A stretch of DNA of 64,000 bases from Octopus vulgaris (GCA_951406725.2 OX597821.1:78740001-78804000); one strand, 5' to 3'; positions 1 through 16,110 are shown, counted from the stretch's first letter. Notes: a model not told the origin generated them from the sequence alone. Made by a program: numbers and translations.

Positions 1-162
1 CAAAAAGATAACGATTGAAACAATCAAACAGAGGGGACGTCACAAGAAATGTATCACCTGAATATTATTCAGGTAGTTAGATATATTGCATGGAGATAAT
101 GGCCTGAATACTAAAATGTAATACAAAAAGACAGAAATACTTGTAAAATATGATTAACTCAC

Positions 163-484
163 TGTTTCCATCCAGCATTAAATAAGATATACAGTCGCAA
201 GTAAACAATTCAAAATTTCCCTCGGCTTCAGCTTGAAACATTTTGCATGTGCCATTACAATAACTAAAGAATCTACAATAATCAGTCGCCAAACAACGTA
301 ATGAACATTCTGTGATGGTTAGTGTGGTTTGTGTTCGAATCAACCAGGGAGAAGCTATGCATTGTGAATTGCTTATTTTCCTAAAGAGTGCCTCATTTTT
401 CGATTCGCCAATCATGACCGTGAGGAGAAACATAATGGTGAAAACTTGCAGTAGGTTGCGAAGGATATACTTTTCATTTGCCAT
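163..484 (-). CDS. Gene A first coding exon: secreted protein, signal peptide + PAN/Apple-like 8-Cys domain (gene continues beyond window start)
   Basis: ORF MANEKY..LLQVFTIMFLLTVMIGES (hydrophobic leader) then C..ECSLRC.....C.FFSYCNGTC..CDC. Acceptor ttttcag|GACTGAAAAATG (exon top 493); donor AAACA|gtgagt (157-162), phase 1. Clear paralog at 38305-38614 with the same splice layout. Confidence 0.85.
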
Positions 485-609
485 TTTTCAGTCCTGAAAA
501 TATATAAAAAGCAATATATATATATATAATATGAGGGAATATCATTCCAAACTTACTGGAAAAAATTCAATTTAGAAACACTAAATCAAATTTCACAAAA
601 TATATTATA

Positions 610-641
<32 letters not shown>

Positions 642-759
642 TGTTATATTTCGGAATGGTCATATTGCCAGTTTAGCCAATAAAAACACACGCACTATAT
701 ATTTGGTGTTATTTTGCTTCAGTGATATTTATTTTTTACATTAATCTTAATCTTATTTC

Positions 760-804
760 GGCCAAAGTTCTTTCGTCACACTCCTGTGACCGCATCAGTG
801 GTCC
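760..804 (-). ncRNA. Hammerhead ribozyme-like motif (variant core) in PLE 3' region
   Basis: Minus strand: CCA CTGATGC G GTCACA GGAG TGTGAC GAAA GAAC TT TGG. A9 is replaced by C. Confidence 0.5.
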
Positions 805-1335
805 TTTGTTTTCTTCTCACTTACTTGTGTCTCTCCTTACTAACCGTCAGCCATTTTGTATTTCTATTGTATGTCTTCATTTCCGCATGCTTATATCTCT
901 ATGTGCGTCTATGTTTATTTAGTGTGTGTGGGGGGGATGCCTGTAATATTTGTATCTTCTGGTTATATACATTCTTGTAATTTGTATTTTGTTTTTGTTG
1001 TTGTTGCTTTTGTTCTAATTTTATTCATGTGTTTACATCCACCCATTATTATCATTACATATGCTTGTATGTATGTATAACAACAATATTAGTAATAATA
1101 ATAATAAATCTAATCGAGAAAAAAAAAAAAAAAAAAAAAAAAAAGAATATACATATACATATATATATATATACATACATATACATATACATATATATAT
1201 ATATATATATACATATATACACACATATATACACATATACATATACATATATATACACATATACATATATATAGATATTCATTTCTATTTCTTTAATTAC
1301 CTGTGTATTTATTATGTTTGCAGGATCCACTATTG

Positions 1336-2484
1336 TCATATGTTGTGGTGTGCGCTATTGCTCCATTCTAGTTTTCTATTCAGGCTAGGTTTATTTTCTA
1401 TTATATGTGTAGCTTCTGTAATTTGTCTAATTGTTGCATCTGTTCTATGTGTGGACAATATCTTAATCTCTATGTTATTGATTGATCCCCCGTGTTCTTG
1501 TTCGGCGTGTTGGTACAGAATCGATGAGCTTTTACCTTCCTTGAGTTGTCTCCAATGTTCATTCACCCGCTCACCAATGCTTCTTGCAGTTTCCCCTACG
1601 TATGTTACTGTCTTGTTACTGCATCGTCCCTCTATACATCTTATACTATAGACCACATTTCTGGCTTTACAGTTCGTTTGTGGGCTAAATCTACATACAG
1701 TGCAATAGTTATCCGTACAGAGAGTTCTACTAAAAGGATAGGTTCTACCAATTATAGATCTGATAGGGTTGCCTGGCTTTTCAACAACCTTAATTCTTAG
1801 TTTAAGTTTATCTAGGGTCCTTCTAAAGCGGTACGCTAGTTCACCTCCAGGGGTGGTGTCAACGAACATGACACTCTGGTATTTATGGCTATCATACCAA
1901 GAGTTGGCCTTCCTTATTTTCTTTTTTGTCCTTTCTATAGTGTTCCATGACTTGTTCCTGTAGAGTGGGCAAATCCCATTCCTATCATTACATAATATAT
2001 TATCAAATTTCTTCATGGCTCCTTTGTATACTCTGATCCTTTCTTTATGGCTGTAACCTGAGAACTGCATGCGGTGAATGAAATACTGTATGTGTCTCTT
2101 TAATTCTGTAGGCTCGCACATGCGTGACACATTTCTCATTATTCTGACGAGGTCTGCCATCAAAATATTGAATTTGGCATTGCCCGCAATGGCTGAGTTC
2201 CGGTGGATCAGGTATTTTGAGGCCATAGGTTTTGCATAGTATGAATGAAGGATTTGGGTTTTATTTTTCACAATTTCTAGCCAGAGTTCAGTGTCTAGTA
2301 CTGGTAGTCTATGGTTGGGGTGTTTAGTGGGGTAGTCTATTGTGACCTTAATACTCTGGTGGATGGAGTTAGCTATTTGCTGGATGCTCTCCATAGTATT
2401 AGTTTCTATTACTATATCAACAGTACTTTCTTGTGGGGTTGCCTTTACTACTATATTGATATCATCAACATAGCGAGAGTACAT
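1336..2484 (-). CDS. PLE reverse transcriptase C-terminus + GIY-YIG endonuclease (truncated, stop-free)
   Basis: YVDD (RT catalytic motif), LPVLD, Cys-rich linker, [24 protein letters not shown]...PSLN (GIY-YIG); 382 aa without stops. Confidence 0.9.
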   Translation of the reverse strand: MYSRYVDDINIVVKATPQESTVDIVIETNTMESIQQIANSIHQSIKVTIDYPTKHPNHRLPVLDTELWLEIVKNKTQILHSYYAKPMASKYLIHRNSAIAGNAKFNILMADLVRIMRNVSRMCEPTELKRHIQYFIHRMQFSGYSHKERIRVYKGAMKKFDNILCNDRNGICPLYRNKSWNTIERTKKKIRKANSWYDSHKYQSVMFVDTTPGGELAYRFRRTLDKLKLRIKVVEKPGNPIRSIIGRTYPFSRTLCTDNYCTVCRFSPQTNCKARNVVYSIRCIEGRCSNKTVTYVGETARSIGERVNEHWRQLKEGKSSSILYQHAEQEHGGSINNIEIKILSTHRTDATIRQITEATHIIENKPSLNRKLEWSNSAHHNI

Positions 2485-2601
2485 GTTTACGAGTATGGAT
2501 TTTTATTGGCTAAACTGGCAATATGACCATTCCGAAATATAACAATATCTGTTTCAACACACGACTTCACATAAAAAATCTTGCACAACAAATATTTAAA
2601 C

Positions 2602-2695
<94 letters not shown>

Positions 2696-2711
2696 ATATT
2701 TAAAAAATTAG

Positions 2712-5150
<2,439 letters not shown>

Positions 5151-5253
5151 TATATATATAGATATATATATTGGCGGTGCCCCAGCATGGCCACAGCTCA
5201 TGAACTGAAACTAGATAAAATAAAATAAATAAGAAATATATATATATATATAT

Positions 5254-6409
5254 ACAGAAAGAGATAGAGTGATACAGAATAACTCAACTGTTGTTTTTTC
5301 TTTCCAGATAAAACTCACTGGAATTAATGATGCCAGCCATACTAAGCTTTGCAGAAAGGAAATTCATTTTAAAATGCTACTGGAAGAGTGAAAACGCAGT
5401 TGAAGTGCAAAGACAGTTTAGGATGGAGTTTCAAGCATCACTCGTATTAGATACTAGTTTGAAGCCGATGGAATTGTTCAGAATGTCCACGAGAAGCGTT
5501 TCGGAAGACCACGAACATCGAGAGCCCCCACAAAGCAAGAAAGAGTGCTGGAAACTTATCTCCAAAGTCCAAGAAAATGTGTGCGGCAAGCGAGTCTGGA
5601 GGCTGGTATTTCAAAATCATCCGTTAAACGCATTTTAAAGCATTGTTAATGCAAAGATTTGTCTATGCTATTAATGACGATGATCCACACCGAACGGGTG
5701 GCACCTGGCACGATGTGCAGAAGACGCACACGTTCCAACAAATTTCATGTGGAGTTATGAGGCCACATTCAAATTAAATGTCTCAATTAATCGCCACAAC
5801 TTCACCCACTGCGGACCTTGAGAATCCTAATGCTATGATGGAACACTACGTTAATTTATCAGGAGTAGCAGTGTGGTGTTTTATCATTAAGAGGAGTAAT
5901 TGAACTATTCTTCTTTGACGCTGCTGATTCTGGTTCCATTTACTTGAAGTTGCTGTCTGTCACGTCAAGCATTAGAGAACACTTTGTAGATCAGGAATTT
6001 TATTTTCAGCAAGATGGGGCACTCCCCTAATTACCATCGAGATGTTAGATCCTTCCGAAAACGGTGGATTGGAGGAAGGGGTTTCGTTGCATAACCGCTG
6101 CGTTCACCAGACCTCGCACCACTAGTCATTTTTAAGGGGATACAAAACCTGCAACAGTCGCTGATTTCATAGCAGACATTGAACGAGAATGCACAGAAAT
6201 ACTAAACTAATTGTTTCGTGACGTTTGTGATTCCATTCTTCGGCGTTGTCAGCAGTGCCCAAACCAGGACGGACATCAGTTTGAAAAAAGACATTGACAA
6301 AATAATGGAATAATATCTGTAGATTCTATTAAACTTTGTAAATGAAATGCATTTTAATAAACACCCACTTTACAATTATTTAAAGTGTGTTTATATTCTT
6401 CGGGAGACG

Positions 6410-6413
<4 letters not shown>
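5254..6413 (+). mobile_element. Tc1/mariner-superfamily transposase pseudogene (DUF4817-type HTH)
   Basis: ORF 5327: ERKFILKCYWKSENAVEVQRQFRMEF; downstream frameshifted FQQDGA and PLRSPDLAPL motifs; ends at a TA run. Confidence 0.75.
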
Positions 6414-6489
<76 letters not shown>

Positions 6490-6606
6490 ATATGTATATA
6501 TACCGGAGTAAGCACATAAATGTGAAACGAGGTGGAAAAACGAGTACTCAAATACCAGAGGTAGAGTAATGTGCTGTATTTAAAAGCAGCAGAAATATCA
6601 TAAAAA

Positions 6607-6705
6607 CTGTTACTCAGAGTTTCCCATTCCTTTTGTCGAACATTTTTGTATAGAATCTAAACAAAAATGCCCGACGAACGAGAACAGGAAACTCTGAGTA
6701 CAGTT
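6607..6705. repeat. Short inverted repeat of a PLE-type hammerhead-like cassette
   Basis: tactcagagtttcc..atttttgt / acaaaaat..ggaaactctgagta; right arm reads CCGACGA..GAAA CTCTGAG TA (degenerate). Confidence 0.5.
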
Positions 6706-7700
6706 CTGCTGCTTTTCAATAAAGTATATATATATATAAATGCACATGCTGTTGTTATAAAATTTACAAGCAATTGGCTGAGTACTCCACTGACATACAG
6801 TCCATAACGTAGTTCTCAAGGAGACTGAATCTTACACAGAATGGGGCAAGGCTGACCTCTTTGAATTGCAGCGACAACTCTTTTTTTTTTGCCAGCTGAG
6901 TGGACAGCAACAAGTTGAATTTGTGTGCCACCGAGAATCGTACCCATGATTTTACGATCGTTAGTCGAATACACCTGACCACTGAGCCACGCACCTTCAC
7001 TCTCTTAACCGTAGAGAAATGGAGTGAAGCGATACACAGAAAGGAAAACATCAACAACTTCAAATGACAATTAGCCTGAAATACTATCTATCCATTCTAG
7101 CTCCTTTACTTTTAACAATGTAGAAGAGAGAAAGATATTAAGTAGTGAATAGATGGAACGTGTTTCAGGTGTGTACGTGTTCATTCTGGAAGTTCTAGAA
7201 CGATCGACTGTTAGTTATTTCTTCTTTCTCCCACACCCGGAACTTATTCGGCTTCTTTGACAGTTCTTCATGCCTTTTAGTTGGAGGGAAATACTTTTAT
7301 CTATTTTTCAGGCACGTTTAACATTTTCGTCTACAAATTACAAACAAGCCTACCTCCCTTCGTTTTATTTTTTTTTTCATACAAAAACCAAGTAAAGTTT
7401 TGAACGGGGTATGGCTGTGAAAAGAAACCAGAAAGTGGGTAATATTCCATACAAATGGGTAGGGGAGGAGAAAAGTTGCCCATAGGTGGCTACACGAAAT
7501 TCAACTCAATACTTTAAAGAGTTCGGGCCGACCAAAGCCTTGTGAGTGAATTTCGTAGACAAAATCTGAAAGAAGCCAATTATATATATGTGTGAGTGTG
7601 TGTGTATGTAACTATGTATGTATGTATGTATGCATAAAGTAAAACGTAAAAAGTAAAAGAATCAAAAGGAAGAGAGTAAGTACTGTTAGGCAGGTTTTTA

Positions 7701-7823
7701 ATCACTACAATTGTTTCGATACATACAGATCCTCGTATATACAGGATTTTAGGTTAAGTTCAAATTAAATTATGTAATGATTTACCATGTATAAGAAGAT
7801 CTGTATGTATCTCCTCAGGCCAT
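7701..7823 (-). ncRNA. Type I hammerhead ribozyme, canonical core, long stem II
   Basis: Minus strand: ATGGC CTGAGGA GATACATACAGATCTTC..GAGGATCTGTATGTATC GAAA CAATTG TA GTGAT. Stem I has one mismatch. Confidence 0.75.
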
Positions 7824-7907
7824 ACTCAGTTGCTGTCTCCGTAAGTAAATCTAGATTTCCATGCTACAACAGCCATGGCTTCTTCTTTGAAACTAAACAC
7901 CTCAAAG

Positions 7908-7968
<61 letters not shown>

Positions 7969-8024
7969 TGTATATATATACATACATACATATATATATG
8001 TATATATATATGTATCTATACACA

Positions 8025-8110
<86 letters not shown>

Positions 8111-8359
8111 TATATATATACTAGCAGCTAAGCCCGGTTTCACACGGTCGACGGTTTGGATGATGTGACTGTAAAACCTGCTTTGTGTACGTTCCGACTT
8201 CTTTGGGCACGCTTATGTTAAAAAGCAATTCTAGAATTACTTTTTTCTGTCAAAACGCTAAAAATAACTGACCAGCAAAAAACAACCCAGATTCGACAAA
8301 TTCAAAATCTAAACCCAAATACTAAGCGAACAAAGATGAACCCTCCCACTTCATTGCGC

Positions 8360-8440
<81 letters not shown>

Positions 8441-8732
8441 TATAGATATATATATAGATATATAGAGATAGATAGATAGATAGATATAAACACACATATA
8501 TATAAATATATATATATATTTACGTGTGTATGTTTGTGTATATGTCACCCTACACCACTTCTTGATAACCGATGTTGGTGTGCTTGTCTCCTCGTAACTA
8601 ATTGCTCGGCACAAGAGACTGATAGAATAAGCACCAGGCTTACAGAGAATTACCCCAGGGGTGGACTTATTCGACAATTAGGCGACGCTCCACAATGACC
8701 ACCGTCATTTGACTGAAATATGTAAAGGAATG

Positions 8733-10018
8733 CAGTGATCCCTCCACAAAGTATGGACACCGCATTTACAGTATTTATTTATCGTGCATTTGGACTTTTA
8801 AAACCATCCTTATGCTGTTCACAAACAATCTATTATAGTAGTCTATTAATAACAAGGACAACTGTTTAGTAATAACAGCTTAGATTTTTAAAAAATAAGA
8901 TTGTTACTGTACTCAACACGAAAGAAGTTGAAGTAAAATTTGAATGATGATGGTGATGAATTTGCTGCGCAGTAGAAATGATGATGGTGAAGCTGACGGC
9001 GGTTTCCTTTCCTGGAACACCTCTTCCATATCTACCGAAGGTGCAACCGTAGTAGTAGCAGCAGGAACTGGCTCTTTTTTGCCAGACTGCAAAAACATTG
9101 TGAAAGGAAGTCTTCGAAGTCTGCGTCGGTTAGCGGCTGGGAGTGGCAGTCTAATAACGCGTTGATGTCTCCCATGGTCATGTCTGCAAATCCGTCACCT
9201 CCAATGATCGCAGTCAACTTCAAAACTGCGGAGTGTTGGATTTCGGAAGGTGTGAATCCCTTGTCGTCGTAAATAACCTCGGGCCACAAATTTTTCCAGC
9301 TCGCATTAATGGTGGCAGGCTTCATTTTTTAGTAATGCCTTCTGGATATTTTGGAGGCACGTAGCAATTGTGTGCTGCCGTAGTATGCCTAGAAGTTAAA
9401 ATTTTCGTCTTCATCTTCTGGGGCGGCATCTACAGAAGCAATCAGGTTCGCCAGTACATTCCTCGTGTATAGGGCCTTGAACTCCATGATAACTCCTGGT
9501 CCATTGGTTGAATAAGTGATGTAGTTTTGGGCGGCAGGAACTCGATCTGAATGCCCTCATGCGACAGATCAGTAATGTGGCCACCAGCGTTATCCATAAG
9601 GAGAATTTCGAATGGCAAACCTTTCTCTAAAAGATACACCTTGGCGTGTGGGATAAAAGACTAGTGGAACCAGTCGAAAGTCAGCATCATTGTTATCCAC
9701 GCCTTTTGATTGTGCATCCAATGTACGGGTAGCAGATTCTTGTTTTTGATTTTGAAAACCCTTGGGTTTTTAGACTTGTAAATAAGTCCTGGCTTTAACA
9801 AAACTCCCGCAGCATTGCCACACATCATGAGGGACATACGATCCTTGTTTGCTTTAAAGCCAGAGGATTTCGCTTCCTATTTGAACAGGAAAGTTCGCGA
9901 CGGCATGCATTGTTTTCCAAAACAAGCCCGTCTCGTCTATATTAAAAACTTGTTCGAGCTTATATCCACCTTCGGAGATAATCTTCTTGAAAGTTTCATT
10001 CACGTATGTTTCAGCAGG
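8733..10018 (-). mobile_element. Tigger/pogo-like DDE_1 transposase remnant
   Basis: Minus-strand fragments IDETGLFWK, LLMDNAGGH, EFLPPKTTSLIQPMDQ, TINASWKNLWP, with frameshifts. Confidence 0.85.
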
Positions 10019-10814
10019 TACAAAAGCATGATTTTCTAAAGCAAAAATAAATAATTGATTTGATCGACTTTCTGTATGTTAGTTGAGCTTGCATTACCAT
10101 CTCGTTACTTACGAAGGGGAAGTCGAATGGAATCTAAATAAGTGCATTTATTTCGAGAGATGGAACAATTTTCTCATATACAGCCCTCTATCTAGAAACA
10201 ATACTGATTTCTAACTGAGACACAAGTCACATAGGACTCAGATTGACGAATGACAAAAATCCACTGCGGTGGGATTCGGAACTAGAACGTAAAGGTACGC
10301 GTCTGAATAGTAAATACATTTGAAGTGTCGATGCTTGATTCTAGAAACCCACCGTTCTTCCGTCCACTTTCATTGGAAATATGAAATCAATAGAAAACCT
10401 AATGAAAGCAAAAATCAACGACAGTAATTTCCAACACTAGAAACAATTCTAGCATTATCTCGCTTTTGGTACAAAATATCGCAAACTTAATATATTTTAA
10501 GATTCACGACTGCTTCGGGCTGACTAAGTAAACTTCCCTTTCAGATGAAATTTGACCGACTAGAAACATCTCACAGTAAAGAAAATCGTCTGTGTGTTAA
10601 TGTTTCTTGTTTTTCAAATTTTAATAAATGTGCGTATTTCGTATTTGCATTATCGTAGTTCTTACGTTTTAAGATTTAAGTAAGGACAATTCCACAGACT
10701 GATGAAAGCAGTTGATTTATGTACACTGATTTCAATAAAAAATGATATATTCTTAAAACAACATCGCCAAATTCTTTTCACTCGTGTAAAGATAGGTGAA
10801 CAATACAAACTTAC

Positions 10815-11020
10815 CTTAGAAGTTGTCGTCAGGATATTTCACTTCTCTAAAAAACTAGAGGTGTTATAATGTTTTTTTTCTTTCTTGTCAAAATGCTTTA
10901 CAATTCAGATGATAAATAAATTATCAACTTTACTATCAGCTTCGTTATCAATTTTTACTTCTATCCACAGATCCGCGTAAATAAACCACTCGACGCAAGC
11001 TATATATCTATATATACCCA
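10815..11020 (-). promoter_or_regulatory. Putative non-coding exon 1 and core promoter of gene A
   Basis: Strong donor CTAAG|gtaagt (intron ends 10814); TATA-like run ~11000-11017. Region ~10015-11400 is homologous to 44215-45560 upstream of gene B. Confidence 0.5.
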
Positions 11021-12249
11021 AAGGTGTCAGGTAATGCTGAGTAAGTGCTATGGACAGACTATAGTTGAGCTCCAGGTTCGATAATGATATACATATATAT
11101 ATATATACACGGTTCGTGAACAGAGATTTATATTTTAACTTCCCAATATATTAATATATAATGTCAATATATTGGTAGCTTTCTATTTATTTAAATACAT
11201 TACGGCTATCTAGTGTGCAAGTCATGAATTTCTCAAACTCTCATTTTAATTATCGATCAAGTTTTGTATAGTATATAGTCCAATCCGAAGCTGTGCGTTT
11301 CACTCTGGTCAATATGACATATACTTTGAATGTAAGATTCACCTACGATCGATTAAGTTGCTGCTGATGTATTGAGTTTTGTTCGATTCACTTTGATCTA
11401 CCTTACAAATTTTTAAAGCATTACTGGCTAAAGAAGCAATCATGAAGAAGCATAAAAAATTAATCTAAACAGACGGTGACGAATTTACCAAAAGAATATA
11501 CTGTATATAAATACACACACACACAAACACACACATACACACACACACACATACATACTTATATATATATATATATATATAAATACTGCAATTTATAGTT
11601 TCTAGGAGCTGAAAACTTTCAGAGGTTTCTTTCTGATGGCCAGGTACCATTTACTTACATATACAGGTCACCATGTTACCTGTATATCTAACCTGTTCGA
11701 TGACGTACTATGTTATCACACACCACAAACGCACATATATGGATATATATATATATATATATATGTAAGTTCAGCAAAATTTAGATTCAGATTAATATGC
11801 TACTTAAGTTAAAGGCACCAGAATTTTGTATGGCATTATCCATATAAATCATATCGGGTGATTATAATCAAAATAAGCAACAAGGATATCCAAGGTAGTG
11901 TAGCACAATTGTTTCATGCTACTTCATTTTATTAAACACTGTAAGTATTACATCAGTTTTTATATGTCGAGCGACCTTCAGCCACATATAGAATTTTAAA
12001 ATTAAAACGGACAATGCACATTCTTATACTTATTTCATTTGCCAACATTACAAAAGGGTAGATATATAGACAGAAAGGTTAATTTCATCATTAAGAACAT
12101 GGTGGTGGTATGTTCTTCTCCGTCTGTAGATTTTTCTCACTGAATTTACTTTGTTATTTCGATCTATCAGTGGGGAGGGGGTTTTCTATTCTTGGTTGAA
12201 TGGAGGAAGGGGTAGTACAAATTGTCAAAGCCATAAATCCATCCTCATT

Positions 12250-12660
12250 TTGAGGAATTTAATCTAGAGCATTAGTAGTCTCTATTCTCCCTACCCCCAC
12301 TAACTTCAGCCTACTAGCTTTTGCTATAATACATTCAAATATGTCTAACAATACTCTTGTATATGCTTGTCCCACCCGTAAAAAACGTGGTAGACCACTT
12401 ACCATTACCTCAGCATAAAGCATACAAAAATACCCACTGTCAACGCTTGCATGGCTGGACGAAGCCAGGCTACTCACCTTCAGATGCACACGACATCAGA
12501 ACTACTGTCGCACATGTTATCGGGGTCAGCCTGAGAACTACTCTTAAAAACCATATCTTTAAGTTTAACACTAAACTGTATAAACAGATGGAAGGCAGTG
12601 CTATTGGAGAAGAGATCGCCAGTGAAGTTGCTACCCTCTTCATGGTATGGTAGCAAAAGG
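12250..12660 (+). mobile_element. PLE reverse transcriptase fragment
   Basis: LKNHIFKFNTKLYKQMEGSAIGEEIASEVATLFMVW matches the PLE RT motif Q..G.A.G...A. Confidence 0.7.
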
Positions 12661-13178
12661 GCAATCATTTATATCTATGATAAATTAATTACTGTAAGTT
12701 TGTTTTATGAAGTTAGGACCCATGCATTTAATAAGTTCCTACATTTCACAATACAATAACTGGTTTATGCAACGTATACACATACATGCAAAATACAAGC
12801 GTATATACATATAGATATACAAACGTACGAGCGTATATATAAATATAAACAAATATACATATACATTTATTGTCTGTTTATTTACTCGTGTTCCTCTCTG
12901 TTGAAGAGCGTGGGCCCGAAACGTAAAAGACTTTCTCACCTTCCCGAGTGTCAGACTAATACACCTGCTTGTTGGTTATACAACTGTCTTAGTTTTTTGT
13001 TTTTCTGTAAATTTCAACTACATATACATACACACACACACATACATATATAAATACATAGGTATACACAGACCTATATGTTCACACATACACTTAAACA
13101 CATGTAGAAACAGATAGGTATTCACATCTATAAATAGAAATATTATATATATCCACACAGGATGTAGTGTCGTATATG

Positions 13179-13228
<50 letters not shown>

Positions 13229-13299
13229 ATAAAGGTAAGATAACAAAGAAAAAAAGATAATATTATTAAATGAAATTTATCTATATATTTAATATGTTA

Positions 13300-14765
13300 G
13301 TATAGTGAACACACCATTTTCGGTTATCTCTATTTGAAAAGTTATGAAAACGTGAAGGAATACTTGTATATCCGTTTATCACTCGCTGTCATAAAATTAT
13401 TAAAAATACATAAAATATATAAAAATATATAAAAATATATAAAACTCTTGGACATAACACAAGCAGCTGTTTTCTTAGGGGACGAATCATGGAAATTGTC
13501 CTTGTATTTAGACAGTAGGGGTCTCAGATATCCTCCATGCCTCCTGCCGTATAGGGAATCTGCTTCCATATATGAACCTTTATCTTTAAGAAAATATGAT
13601 GGATATTGTGCTGTTCCAGTGTATCAATTTTATACCTTCAGGCCCATATCATAGTGAGGTTTCATATGATGGAATGGCTATACTGCATACGTCTTCTTGT
13701 TTTGTATTTATGATTGATATTTTTATGTATGAACTGCTAGAAGCGTTAATAATGACAAGTTAGAAATTTTACCTATATTGGCCACCCGGATCTCTATTAT
13801 TCCTTTTACGTTGTAGTGATATGTATATTTTATTTTATCGTAAACCATATCTTTAAACCTTATAATCAACGCTATTGAAGATGTCTCATCAGATGAGGTA
13901 AATCCTCTACTAATATTTAATAAATTTATATAGGGATTTATATAATTGTCATATTCTTTATAGGTATAAATATTTATTAAGATCTAAAGTCTAAGAAATT
14001 GACAACCGTCAGGTTGTCAATTTCTAGACGTTTCCTTAGATTAATAGAATATTTATAACTATATAATGATAGGTATATATAGTTCATCTCTATATTCAAA
14101 ATTTAGTTATACCTCTCATCAATGACATTTCAGTTATAATAAAGCTTTAAAAGATATGTTTACGAAAAATAAAATTTATCAAACAATAAAAAGGAATAAT
14201 AAATGGAATATCTGTTTACCCCTCACCCGAGTGTATATGTAATATTTCTAGCACTGATAGACATTTTATTAACTCTATGAAACTCTCATAGATTTAAAAT
14301 ATTTATCAATAAACATATCAATCATATCAAACAAGAAAAACACTGTTCTGAATAAAATTTGCCCTTATCCATATTATGAACACCGTAAATATCCACTGCC
14401 GTTTCGACGAAAATTGGGCCTGACGAGAATAGCCAGGTACAACTTTTACATGAGCGAACAATTATCCAATATTTGGTCTTAAGATAAAGGTGTCGTATAC
14501 AATGGAAGATTTTATTAACCCTACGCGGAAACGAATGGAGATGCTCTGGAAAGACCTACCATGTCTAAATGACAACTTATATGTGACTATGATATATTTT
14601 TTTTTATAGAATTTTATATATTTTTATATATTTTTATATATTTTGTATTTTTATATAATTTATGAGAAAAATGTATATACGCACAAACGAGTTATAACAT
14701 AATTTCTATAACTATTTTTATTCAAATACCAGATAACAAAATGTGTGTGTGACTGAACTATACTG
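13300..14765. repeat. Degenerate ~1.45-kb palindrome of PLE origin, centre ~14010
   Basis: Centre agaaattgacaacc-gtca-ggttgtcaatttct (VVNFLD RT motif read outward on both strands). Arms share blocks (aaagatatg..tttacga..aaaaggaataata; aagataaagg; ttttatatatttttatata) with many indels. Confidence 0.65.
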
Positions 14766-14782
14766 ACTACGAGTATAACATA

Positions 14783-14913
<131 letters not shown>

Positions 14914-14915
14914 GT

Positions 14916-15023
14916 GGAGGCGCAATGGCCTAGTGGTTAGGGCAGCGGACTCGCGGTCGCAGGATCGCGGTTTCGATTCCCAGACCGGGCGTTGTGAGTG
15001 TTTATTGAGCGAAAACACCTAAA
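14916..15023 (+). mobile_element. tRNA-derived SINE head
   Basis: GGCGCAATGGCCTAGTGGTTAGGGC (A box)..GTTTCGATTCCC (B box); related copies at 23009, 40563 and ~61495. Confidence 0.75.
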
Positions 15024-15279
15024 AGGTTAAATTCATAAATAATTTACAAAATAAGGGCAAAAGAAAATTCTAATGCCAAATATGCCGAAAAAAAGACAAA
15101 AATTGTCAATAACCATTATAATTTATGCGTCTCGAAACAAACCTATAGAAATTTCTAAAAAATCCGTTATTACCGTATTGGTCCCAATTTCGGTGTTAAT
15201 TCATAAGAATTTCCCCTCTTCAGCGATAAATACGCGAGATATAAGTGAAATACTTACTCATATCCATGGAAAAAGCAAA

Positions 15280-15479
15280 CACTAAGTCCTGAGCAGACCT
15301 AAGTACCCCAAATATATCCAAAATAGAAAAACTTCGGCACATCTCGAGACACGTGTGATTCGAACTAGAAACTTTCACAGAGTGACAGAATCCGGAAGTG
15401 AACACTATTCAATTTATAACTAATGTAGGATAAAATTTTGGATATATTTGGGGTACTTAGGTCTGCTCAGGACTTAGTG
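15280..15479. repeat. Perfect ~45-bp inverted repeat
   Basis: cactaagtcctgagcagacctaagtaccccaaatatatccaaaat (15280-15324) is the reverse complement of ~15435-15479. Confidence 0.8.
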
Positions 15480-16110
15480 GACGCTGCATCTACTACAAAT
15501 GCGTTCTGAGCTGGGGCTGATTGTTGGGAATACTTTATTTCATAAGTGGAAGCATAAAGTTACCTGAATTTATTCAAAATCAAAGCAAGTTCACTCTGGG
15601 AATTAACACGGAAAGCTGACTTACAGGATTTGTGCAGTCCTAGGGTATTGCGAGGTGTTAAATATGATAGTGATCACAAGATCGTTAGAGCTGAGTTTAA
15701 GTTGATGGTCACCAAGATGATTTGTATTGCAGGTGTACGAGTTCAAAAGAGAATTGATTTAGAGCAGCTGAAACCACAAGTTTTGCAGTTATTTCAGCAG
15801 AGGTGCAGCAATGCTCGTTTTGACGGTGCATGGGAGTCGTTTCAGGATGGAATATATAAAATAGGATCAAAGATGTTAGGTTCTAAGAGGAGACAGCATC
15901 GAGACTGGGTGAGATGAACTCATCAAAAGCTTCTGGATCTAAGCACAAAGAACAAAGTGGTACTAGAAAAGTTTTACAAGTCTCAAAAAGGCAAACTTAC
16001 AAAAAGAATTCAGGAAGCTTAAAAATACCCGATAGAGAAATTTGTATGAGGAAGTGCAGACAGCCTAGTACAAGGAAAAGATTGACAAAGTTTGGCTGGC
16101 GTCATACTTT
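15480..16110 (+). mobile_element. RTE-like LINE endonuclease/linker remnant
   Basis: Fragments ELGLIVGNTLF, HKVT*, DSDHKIVRAEF (APE C-terminal SDH motif), RQHRDW. Confidence 0.65.

Larger units (their letters stand above)
641..2547 (-). mobile_element. 5'-truncated Penelope-like retroelement with inverted terminal copy of its 3' end
   Basis: Contains ORF 1336-2484. 46-bp inverted repeat 641-686 / 2500-2545 (ttgttatatttcggaatggtcatattgccagtttagccaataaaaa). Hammerhead-like motif in the 3' region. Confidence 0.9.

Noticed and set aside
14919-14992. Possible tRNA gene
   Set aside because: Acceptor stem does not pair and the sequence continues into a SINE body found in several copies.
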